NCBI GenBank assembly: GCA_001687465.1
Contig: LVLI01000252.1
Span: forward strand, 1-54,241
Source of the DNA: Halocafeteria seosinensis
Lineage: Eukaryota
Length of the DNA: 54,241 nt
Reading direction: 5' to 3'
The notes beneath the pieces are model-generated. The model was not told the DNA's origin, ran no database searches, and worked only from the letters and a program-made list of their open reading frames with translations. Below are positions 1 to 10,000 of the stretch, one piece after another. Made by a program: the position numbers and the translations under genes. How positions within the stretch are numbered: position 1 is the stretch's first letter; the number at the start of each line of letters is the position of its first letter.

Positions 1-29
1 CAGCAGCACCATCCGATTCGCTAACTTAC

Positions 30-189
30 CTAACAGCAGAGCCAATTCAATGTCTGTTGGCGACGGTGGAGTAGTCACAGCTAAAATATAGGGACGAGGG
101 ATGTACTCGTAAGCGCTTGCAGTCATGCCGAGCAGTTGTATCCCCATGCCCAGGGCAAGGAGGATGACGAGCGATAGTCTATCCGCCAT
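30..189 (-). CDS. First exon of a secreted protein running off the left edge of the window
   Basis: ATG at 189-187 gives MADRLSLVILLALGMGIQLLGMTASAYEYIPRPYILAVTTPPSPTDIELALLL (hydrophobic signal peptide), followed by a canonical G|GTAAGT donor at 30/29. Confidence 0.7.
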
Positions 190-373
190 TCTCCTGTCAG
201 CATACATACAAGTTGATACACCAAACAAACTCAGGTCCGACGCAGTTTGCTCTATGCGTGTTTCATAAAGCAAAACGGGCAACCCCATCCTGGGATGTCC
301 TAACTTACTTACACTCCTAACCCTCCGCAAGGACGCGATAGCGCAGGTTGCGAGACACCTGCAGCCGGTACTT

Positions 374-414
374 TGTGTGTGTGTGTGTGTGTGTGTGTTG
401 TTGTTGTTGTTGTT
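374..414. repeat. Compound (GT)n/(GTT)n microsatellite
   Basis: Direct reading: tgtgtg... run followed by gttgttgtt..., lying between two divergent start codons. Confidence 0.95.
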
Positions 415-470
415 GCTTCTCTCGTGTAATGTATTATACAACAAGGGGTATATGGAATTGCATAGAAAAA

Positions 471-1672
471 ATGAACCATCACACCATACTTGTGCTGCTT
501 GTGTGCTTGCTCATTCACCGGGCCACGGGGACTTCAAAGTTTGTGGCTGCCGTGAAAAGGGAGGTGAGGGAAGCCTATCAGAATGGCAGATCCAACTTTT
601 ACAGAGGTAAGGCCTCTTATTGGGATGTCTTGTCCTTCTTCCATTCACCACCTACTATCGCTGTCGGTCGTTGAGTATTGCAGTAGAGCCCAGTGGGGTG
701 AACAAGAAAATTGGTTCGGCAGATCTTGATCCCATTGGTTTGAGTGGCGCCCTGTCTCCCGACCAGGAGGAAATGTTCTTCTTTGGTATGTGCTTTTGAT
801 CCTTTAGGTGGAAAGCTTCCGCGGTACTAGCAGTGAAGTGGCTACACTACAGGCTGGAACAAGACCCACGATTACAGTGTGTTAGTAGGGTTCAACGTCC
901 ATACGGGCAACGTGACCCATGAGGTTCGCGTTCCGTTTTATCAATGTGGCATTACCCCGTTCTGTGCTGCTGAAGCCGTATCAATGGATAAGAGGGGGAA
1001 TGTGTTTGTTGTTGGGCAAGAGTCTAAAACGGGACCGACGGTTGGCGCCTTTTTGAATCTGAACACGGGTGAACTGGACAACAAGGTCGTATTGAACAGA
1101 AGCACTATCTATCTGCCACGAGCTGTCGTTGAATACGTTCCTTCAAAAGATAAATTTATTGTGGCTCTAATGCCCATGTTCAAGAGAGTTCAACATACTC
1201 CCGACCTTTTTGCTGTGGACATGAAAACTTCCTCTGTCAGGCACTTCACAACGGAGTTATGGATTGAAGATATTTATTCGGTAAGTTCAGTACGAGGCAC
1301 ATATGTAGGACTACAAGCTGTCGATATATGTCTTGGGAGTTATGCTTGCAGCTCAATTACGACGCTAGTAAGGAGACGGTGCTGGCCGTTACTGCTGCGG
1401 ATGCATACATATACCCCCAGCAAAACTCCAACTTAACACTTGCCTCATTAAACATCGAGTCGATGCAATTCTCTTCCGTGGCATCACTGCAGCAATACAT
1501 TTACGCTACCGTAATCAGGAACTTCGGCCCCTGCGCACTGGATACCAAGTCTAGTGCCTTATACTGGTATTCAGGGCAGTCTATGTTGTGGTCGGTTAAC
1601 CTGAAATCTCTGGATATTCGGTCCATTGGCCAACTGGGGGATGTCACCGCGTTGCAGTTTGTAACTGGATAA
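471..1672 (+). CDS. Secreted protein, probably beta-propeller-like; 4 exons (471-606, 684-785, 853-1280, 1352-1672)
   Basis: Signal peptide MNHHTILVLLVCLLIHRATG. GT..AG introns join ORFs 348+, 879+ and 1328+ in frame. Repeated beta-strand motifs (LVGFNVHTGNV, AFLNLNTGEL, LFAVDMKTSSV, LWSVNLKSLDI) suggest propeller blades (fold is inferred). Confidence 0.75.
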
Positions 1673-1979
1673 CATACGGAAACTACACCACCTGCGACGG
1701 AAGGTTATCCGTATTTTCCTTGCGCTTTGCTAGGTTAAGCTAGCTCACTAAGGTGTATCCAGATCTGGGTCCTTGCGCTGCTACGCACAGTTTCGTTGTA
1801 CCAGATAATCCCATCAATAATTGATCGGTGCTTCTTTACCCTCTCTGATTTTAGTAGCCTGCGTTTTCTATCTTTGGCCTACAGAACCAAGAAGAACTGC
1901 TTGATAGAGAACATCTGCCCTTTCAATGGCCGCTATAGTTCTTCTTCGGCTGGTTCAAATGTGGGGAGTGAAAGTTTCA

Positions 1980-2011
1980 TTTTATTTTGTTATTTAAATA
2001 ACAAAATAAAA
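1980..2011. repeat. Perfect 32-bp AT-rich palindrome
   Basis: ttttattttgttattt|aaataacaaaataaaa is its own reverse complement. Confidence 0.9.
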
Positions 2012-2020
2012 AATTCGATT

Positions 2021-2044
2021 TTGATTTCACGTTGGCGGGTGATA
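2021..2044. repeat. 24-bp half-site of the 4782-4831 palindrome (candidate element terminus)
   Basis: ttgatttcacgttggcgggtgata is identical to 4807-4830. Confidence 0.9.
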
Positions 2045-2424
2045 TATAGGTGCGGGTGTATCCAATATGACTCTTGTCACAGAACAGAACTTGCAAGCCT
2101 TCTCTTTATGTGGGTTGTCCTTCTTATCAGCCCATTTATCCATGATCACTTTATCCGAATGCGTTTTAATCGTCCGTAATCTGATATCCTAACCCTGTCG
2201 AAGTGATGACAACCCCACACTTGCAGGTCCCGAGCCCGAAATTGTCTGTTAGGAACGAAGGAACTCAAACCCTTGCTGCGTACGACGATTGTCAATCTTC
2301 TCACCCTCAAGACGGTACTGCTGGTTAGCTCAAGGAAGCTGCCCGTTTTCCAACGAACAGTCAGCCAGCACGCTTATGGCGGAGCTCACAACTTACAATG
2401 AAGTAAAACGAACACTGAACAAAG

Positions 2425-4307
2425 CTAGATTGCCCACCGCGGTGCTCTCTGTGCTTTGATGCCCCTGTGCTTAAGGCGTTTTGGAACACTGGATGTACTA
2501 GCTGTAGGGGTCTCGCTGGGTGTCCTTGACATCGTTTGTGTAGGCGAACTGGAGCGGGAGCTCGTTTCTGTGGGGCTATCTGTAGGAGTCACAGTGTTAG
2601 TGTTAGTACGAGTGGAAGTCGGAGAGCACGTGCTTGTGTGAGTCGGTGTTCGTGTTCCAGTCCTGCTAGAAGAACTCGTGCTTGTTGCAGTGCGTGTGGG
2701 TGTGCGGGTCGGAGTTTCAGTCGTGGAAGGCGAACTCGTCTCTGTCCTTGTTGGTGTCCCGGAGGTTGTCTGTGTAGGCGAACTGGAGCGGGAGCTCGTT
2801 TCTGTTGGGCTTTCTGTAGGAGTCCCAGTGTTAGTGTTAGTGGGAGTGGCAGTCGGGGAGCACGTGCTTGTGCGGGATGGAGTACAAGTAGGAGTTGTCG
2901 AAGGCAATGGCGGCAGTTGAAAGCGGAGGATTGGCAACTCTTGGCTGCCATTAACTACCCATATTTCGTCGCTCCACTGCTGGTGCAGACTGCCGCATAT
3001 AGCCGATAAGGTTTTGGAGTTTCCAGTCTCCTCTAAGATGTTCCCTCGGTCCACCCCTACCAAAGGGGTTCCACCCTCGCCATCGTACACTGAGTAGTTC
3101 ACTTGTATTTTGCCACGTGACTCTTCATGTACGCTCCCTATTAACCCACCTGCATTGCCGTTATTGTCTCTTTTCCCTGATGCGTACGAATTTAGAATAT
3201 GTACATGTCCTGTGGCTTCAAAACCCTTCCCCTCGTATATATTACCTGTTGTTCTCGCTCCTGTAATACCTCCTGCTTCATTGCCTAGAATATCACCTTT
3301 GCTGTAAGAGTCTATTATACATACAACCCCTTCGTGCTCTCCAGGGTCGCCGCCTGTAATTCCTCCACCACGGTTTGCACGTATTTTCCCAGTACTGTAA
3401 CACTCTCTAATATGAACGCATCCTTTAGTATGGCCAGCATTAGCGCCAGCAATACCACCGCCCCATGTGGTTGTTCCTATAGACTCAATAAAGCCAGTTG
3501 AATAAGACTGAAATACATTTATCGTCCCACCATACTCTGCGACGCGGTGCCCGACAATACCGCCTGCCAAAGTTCCTTCGATGTTTCCAGTGGAGTGGCA
3601 TCTTACTATGCTTGCGATCCCACCACGCCCCGTTCCTCGTCCTCCGATACCACCTGCCTTCGGGCCTTTTATCCTGCCTCTGGTAACGGAGTTCGAAACC
3701 TGAATTTCTCCCCGGCCACAGATGCTCCCACAAATGCCGCCGCCACTTCCCATGATATTGCCGGTTGAGCTGCATGACTCTACTGCAAAGTAGGTTTGAC
3801 TACTTTGAACGATAAATCCCCCTTCGTCCGAAGTCTTCCCGTTCTTGATATGGACGTCGTGAATCATGGGTGCTTGGTCAAACGAGTTGACATCCTGCGT
3901 GATTCTAAATAAACCGTCAAAATCTTCCATATCCTTTAAGTCAACAAAATTGCCGCAACCATCGAAGGTTTCGTTCGACCTGAAGAAATGTGGTCTGTCT
4001 CTCCGTAGCTATGAGATCTCCATTCTAAAATACTACAATTTAACTGAAATAGTTGCTTTTCGGTGGTATAGTGAAGGCACTGCTCCTGGTCGTTTACAAT
4101 GCGTTGTCTGAGATCTTTCGGGCAGCACAGAAGTGGCCACTGGCTGATAAGCACGAGCAATACCCCGAATGCTTTTGAGAACCGCCATTCCCTGTTCCGG
4201 AAAGACTTTTTATTTGGATTCACTCGCCACCATAACAACGGACAAAAGCGCGAGCAATGCTGTACCTGAGGGCTCCAGAGAGTCTTTTCACTGTCATACC
4301 TTACCAT
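2425..4307 (-). CDS. GLUG-motif-repeat surface protein with Ser/Thr/Pro-rich tail; apparent 1-nt frameshift near 3985 (pseudogene or assembly error)
   Basis: Repeated (Y/C)S(T/S)GxIxGxxxGGIxG motifs typical of GLUG-type beta-helical repeats, and a TPTxTxS tail with an internal duplication of about 100 bp (2536-2636 vs 2770-2870). The upstream ORF has a hydrophobic stretch (AFGVLLVLISQWPLLCC) and joins ...DHIS/ to /RSNETFDGCGNFVDLKDMEDFDG with one base missing. Start codon uncertain. Confidence 0.7.
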
Positions 4308-4781
4308 GTTGTATTTTCCCAAAGGAAGCACCCTTAAGCAATAGAGCAATGGCAACGCGGTCAATTCCCTAGCTAGCAGGCGTTAAGTGGGACAGAAAAA
4401 TTCCACACAGGCGATTTTCTTTCCACAACAGCACCTATCTAGTTTTCTCATTGGTATACAAGTATGTTAGAACAGTGAGTTATCCTGTGAAACACGGGTT
4501 CGCGACTAAGTATCCCGGGATGCTCCCGCCCAGTATCCCGGGATGCTCTAAGGCCATCTCTTATGACGCTCCCGCCCGTGCCCGAGACCACAGCGTGTGG
4601 CCCGGGCGCGGGGTCGAGCTCAGCCTGCATCCTTATCGTTTAACCGCGCGGGTCGTAAACTCGAATCCGGGGGAATCTCATTTACACTGTAAAACTGTGC
4701 CGGTATACGTGACGTATGGATGGCAAACTCTCCCATACACACTGTGATGTCACAGGAAGCGAGCGTACCTGCAGCGTCTGT

Positions 4782-4831
4782 CTATCACCCGCCAACTTGA
4801 AATCAATTGATTTCACGTTGGCGGGTGATAG
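4782..4831. repeat. 50-bp near-perfect palindrome
   Basis: ctatcacccgccaacttgaaatcaa|ttgatttcacgttggcgggtgatag, with a single mismatched pair (4797/4816). Confidence 0.95.
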
Positions 4832-4895
4832 GGCATTTTAACCAGCATATAATAATTTATGCCGGATTTTAATATAAAATGCTGGATTTATTTAA

Positions 4896-4910
4896 GGGGT
4901 TAGGGTTAGG
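4896..4910 (+). repeat. Short interstitial telomere-like (TTAGGG) seed
   Basis: ggggttagggttagg in an AT-rich tract 65 bp from the palindrome. Confidence 0.5.
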
Positions 4911-5307
4911 ATTCTTGTTTATTCTTGTTACTTGGTACCTGCCAGTAGTCAGCCGCAGCTGCTACAGGTCAGACCTCAGTACCGTTATGGCGGTAAAGAG
5001 GATTAAAGATGCGTGCATGCGAGGGGTCTAAACAGTACGTGGTGAGTAAAGACAACTGCTCGCATGGGTAACGCTACGAAGAATTGGAGAACATAAAAGG
5101 AAATCGTAGAAGAGAGAATAATGTAACAACAAAAATAAACCCAGTAGAAACTAGAGTCAAAAAAAAAGAAAAGAAAAAAAACCAAATTTTTGTCACACCC
5201 TTATGGTTGAGCGGGTTTTCCATCAAGGCAGGTTTTCCTTCCTGAGATGTCACCAGGCCTCAGTTGGCTTGGGATCAATACTAGAAATTAGCACTGTTGA
5301 TCGGTCC

Positions 5308-5592
5308 CTAAAAGGGACGCACGGTGATCGTTGCTTGATTCTGTGCAAGCCGCTTCCGATTCGTTCTAAGGCGTTGAAGGACCTGTTCTTTTTGTGTGTC
5401 GGTGTAGGCACAAAATGGAGTCTTGTTGTCGCTCGCACGCCATTCCTGCAGATGTTTCAACACCCGAAGCAATGATGTGGAGATCTGGAACTCTTTGTCC
5501 AAGTCACGCCGGCGTCTTCGAAGGATCCGGCCAAGCTTCCGGTAGAGTCCATGGAACGAGGAGGCAAGTGATGCCGCCGCAGATGTGGTCAT
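5308..5592 (-). CDS. Basic orphan protein (about 94 aa) whose start overlaps the upstream stop (ATGA)
   Basis: MTTSAAASLASSFHGLYRKLGRILRRRRRDLDKEF...; ATG 5592-5590 overlaps TGA 5591-5589 of the upstream ORF. No family recognised. Confidence 0.4.
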   Translation of the reverse strand: MTTSAAASLASSFHGLYRKLGRILRRRRRDLDKEFQISTSLLRVLKHLQEWRASDNKTPFCAYTDTQKEQVLQRLRTNRKRLAQNQATITVRPF

Positions 5593-6910
5593 TCCGCGAG
5601 TGCTGTACATCGTGATTGATTGTTTTGGAGAGTATCCGAGCCAAAATAAGAGCTGAGCTTGATGGTGCTAAGATCCTCCGTTGGAACTTGAAAATTGTGA
5701 TTCCATTGTGGGATTACCTGAATCCCCGGTATGTTGCAGCAAAAGTCTTCCATCTCTCGACCTTTTGCTAACCAGAGCAGTGGTCGTGAGGACTCAGGTG
5801 ATGAGGCAACTAAGTGCTGCCACGCAACGGAACCGTTGTCAGTGCTTAGGCAATCTGTGCGCATGTACGCAATAACACCTTGGGGGACACTTCCAAGGAA
5901 ATGTGGGCATGCTAGTCCACGTAGTGTCTCCTGTGACCACCATAGCTGAGTGTGTCGCCAAGCAACGATGGGAGTCCACGCTTCACTGGTTGGAGGAATA
6001 ATCTGAATAATCTGAGACTGTAGCGCAGTGACGCTAATTGGACGTAGCCATAGGCATCCGGGGGAAGAGGTACTAGCTTGCGATAGTGATTGTGTGGAGA
6101 GCTGCGACGTCAACAGTTCCGACATATCAATCACTGGTTCTCGTTCAGAGATGTAAGGGCGGGAGAGAAGTCCAGGGAACACTCTCTGAACGTCACGATA
6201 GTGCACCGGTGCCAGCTGCAGCTTGCGATTGGCTTGCGGGTGGAAGGACTGATCAGAGAAGACCTTTTGGAACCCAGCCAGCCACTGTTTTGCTAGTTCT
6301 GGTTGACTGCGTAGGAATGCCAAAGCTTCCCAGTGGACTGTCGACCGTGTGATCGGCATGTCCAGGGTCGAGAGTTCATCTGGAACGTAACGTCTCGTTC
6401 TGATGACTCTTTCACAGTACTGGTGTGTGTTCGACAGTGCTGTAACCGTGTCACATGACACTTGCACTCCGCAAAAGTCATCGTTTCGAACTGATGCTCC
6501 GACACATCGACAAGTGTTTCTTTTGGACCAGGACGGCGTCGGTATAACTGCTTTAGGTGCGCCAGGAGGAAGGTATTATCCGCCCTTTGCCGCCATCCTT
6601 GAGTTGTAGTACAGATAGTCTCGTCGGTGCAACGATACATATAATGGTACCAGACAGTGTCGTAGGTCGGGTTGTGTAGTGTCTCTCGACAGGCTACACA
6701 TGATGGGCTTTGTCCGTACACATCAGGTCGATCAATCATCTCCTGAACCGCAGGAGGAAGCAGGCCAGCGCGTGGTCCCAAGTTACCGAAGCTGCAACGC
6801 AACGGGCACGGATACCCGCTCTGCAGCAGCTCATGGCAGCCGTGTGCCAACAGCTCGCAGTTTTGGTCGGAATACAGGATACAGACTTGGTCATGGAACC
6901 ACAAAATCAA
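5589..6910 (-). other. Intronless orphan coding block (overlapping ORFs 6293-6910 and 5589-6467), probably a frameshifted gene or genes of viral/mobile origin
   Basis: Two long protein-like frames on the same strand, no obvious introns, no clean ATG starts, Cys-rich stretch (CPLRC...CVAC). No recognisable domain. Confidence 0.35.
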
Positions 6911-7009
6911 CTGACGTCACTAGCATTTACTTTTTAGGTACATCAACACAGTATATGTCCGCAATGTAGGTAGGAATGTATATTTTGGGAAATCTTGGCA
7001 AAAGCAAAA

Positions 7010-10000
7010 CTAAACCTTGCGAGGCCCAAACTTTTTCTCAAAGTCATCAGGCAACACTGCCTGATCACCAGTTGTGAAGTCGCCCACCACGGACCACACG
7101 TTGCTCAAGCCTTCGTTGTTGTTGTTGTCTGCCAAGTTTTGGTGCATTCTCAAACGGTAGAGCAACGGTCCATTTATCTGATGTTCCAGCCGAGCTTCCA
7201 CGTGAGCAATGGACTCATGGACCTCACTGCCTGTGATGTCCTTAGAAATGGTCACCTTGTCCCGCTCCGCGCCGTACCAGAATTTCGTGTTCTCGGCTAA
7301 ACCTTCCTCCACAGTCCCTTTGAATGTCACCTCGGCAGTGATGAAATCTGGTAACAATTTTATAGACGAAACACGAGCTATTCCTTCAACCGCGAGAACT
7401 CTCCACGGACCGGATGTAACGTTCGTTTGACCAAGTGAGTCCTCGAAAACCATTCTAAAGTAGAGAGGACGCCCAGGAGAGTCCAGAGAGAACGCGCTTT
7501 TAAAGCGGCTCGCCCTGTCTTCGGGGATTTGCGTGGCAATTGCTCGTTCCTGGTAATCAAGGAGTTCCATGTAAGTTTGTCCACGAACCCCCTGGTCACT
7601 GTTTAGGACCTTTACCGAAAGCTGAACATTTCCATTCCTTTGCACTTCTGAGTAAGGTGATGTGGCCATAATCGCTGTGAGATTTTCCCCTTGTATCCTG
7701 TCAAATTCCGATGATCCATTCAACACGATGTGATACTCGACGCTAGAATCCGTGGGCTTCAGGGTAAATTGTTTCCCTGCTTCGACGACCAGAGCCTCCT
7801 TAGTAGACGCTGTCTGCAGATCGACAGGCACTGTATCCTCCCCATCACCTTTACTTACAGCAAAATGGAGGGAGTATCTTTCCATGCTCAAAAGTTCAGT
7901 ATTCGAAACCAAACCTCTGAGAACGACAGAATCATCTCCTACTTCCCCCACAGTCAATAATGTTCGGAGATCCACCAGTTCAACTGGACGACCACGTACG
8001 ACGAATTCTTCGTTCTGTTCTGCAACAATGGAAAACCAACGCTTCTCCCCAGTTTCGGCGTTCATCGAATACATATCACTATCATCAATATCGAGAGATT
8101 CCGTCTTTTCTACATTTTGTGATCCCAGCGCCTCCGGTGAATTAGCATATTCGAAGAATATATTGAGTCCAGGTACTTCGTTGCTGTGATGAACGATACC
8201 TTTCAGTTTCTCTTGTCCTGCGGTATTCAGCTTGCTTGCAAGATTGTAAATCTTCAGTACCGGAATGACACCACCCTTAAACGTTTTTCTTTCCTGGGCA
8301 TCAAGTGTATTCTCAAGAACTTCGACCGCAATTCTATAGTAGACTGGACCCTGGTCTTCATTCACCGCCCCTACGGACTCGTAAACATTTTCTTCTGCAT
8401 CGACCAATTTTGCGGCTAATGTTTTGTCAAGATTATCCCGGGCCGCCCCATAAAGGAAACGCACATTGGTTGCATCTTTCATCCGATGACTCACAATACC
8501 TCTGAGGATTGCTTCACCGGACTGATTAAACGATGTAATTCCCGTCTCAACTCCAGTTACTACTTGCCGGATACCACCTCGCACAACCTTTGGCTCAACT
8601 TCTAAAGCATCAGTGAATGGAGGATCTTGAAGACGGACAACTATCTCGTAGAAACGAGGGAAAGAACTAGCATCCACTTCCGCAACGACGATGTTGTCCG
8701 ACTCAGCGCTTCGCGTAGCAGTGACGTTCTTGGTTAAAGCCCCGGCAGTATCGCTGTCACCATACTCGAAGAAAAACTCAAACTCCTCATCTAGACCTGT
8801 TGTATTAACGATGGCATGGAACGTAATCCTACCACTCGTTTCCGTTTCCTCATCGAATTCAACTGTTGTCGTCTGTACGGTGAGTACCGGCAATGGGCTC
8901 CCCGACGCGATATTTTCCTCTTTCTCATGCCAGTTCTCAGGAAGGTCCACTTGAATCCTATAACAGATTGGACTCATGTTGTTCTCAACGGCGTCCTTAG
9001 ACTGGAAGCTCTCTGGTGAAGAAGCCAATGCTTCCCTAGTGTCAGGCAGGTCATTGCAGTGGCTCCCATACGCGAAGTGGACAAGTGAAGGGTCACGCAA
9101 ATCGCTTGAAACAGATCCTGCAAGCGTTGCGCTTCCATCCGTACCAAACTCACTTATTTCGGTTCGAATGCCTTCAATTGCCTGTTCGGTGTCCCCTCGA
9201 AGGGTATTGACTTCCCTTTCGTCTGAGTTGGTTTTCGACACAACTACCCGGTAAAGCACAGGATCAAAGCCAACGTTTTCGATGGCAGCTTGGACCACTG
9301 GATCTCCACTTTTGTCAATATCATCTTTTTCCTCATTTAGACTGCTCGTCGTTTCACCGTACTCAAAACGTATCGATAAATCGTCCATATCAAGTTCCTG
9401 GGAATCCCATGTATCCACCACTGCTTTCAATGTCACCGTATCAGTTTCATTGAAGACCACTTGAGTAGTCTTCACGGTTAGAATGGGAAATACTTCACCT
9501 TGAAACGTCTTGTTCTGAGCATCAAATGTGTTTTCCAGAGCCTCAACCTCAAGCGTGTAGAAGATCGGCATATCGCTTTCCTGGTTGATAGCTTCAACCG
9601 ACGCGTAGCAGCCGACAGTTGAGTTTACTACTTCAGCTTCAATGGTCTCGTTAAGGTTGTTCTCCGTGTAACCATAACGGAACCGTACATTCGTAGCGCT
9701 CTTCATTCGGCTAGTCACAAAGCCTTTCAAAATGGCACTTCCAGTTTTGTTAAATGAAGTAAGACCAGTTTCGATTCCTTGCAGCGCTCGCCTCACACCC
9801 CCGCGGATCTCAGCAGCCTTAGGAGACTCCCCGTCGAACTTATCTTCAGGATTTTGTACGATGACTTCATAAAACACTGGACCATCGAAATCTATGTTAG
9901 CCGTAGCTTTGAATGTCTTATCAGAGGCTGCTTTAACAGCAGTTTTAACTGCAGAAGTACTCAGATTGGAGGACGCATCATACCGGAAGATGACGTGATC

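Noticed and set aside
348..610. Poly-Cys/poly-Leu ORF starts
   Set aside because: Translations of the GT/GTT microsatellite; the real start is the ATG at 471.
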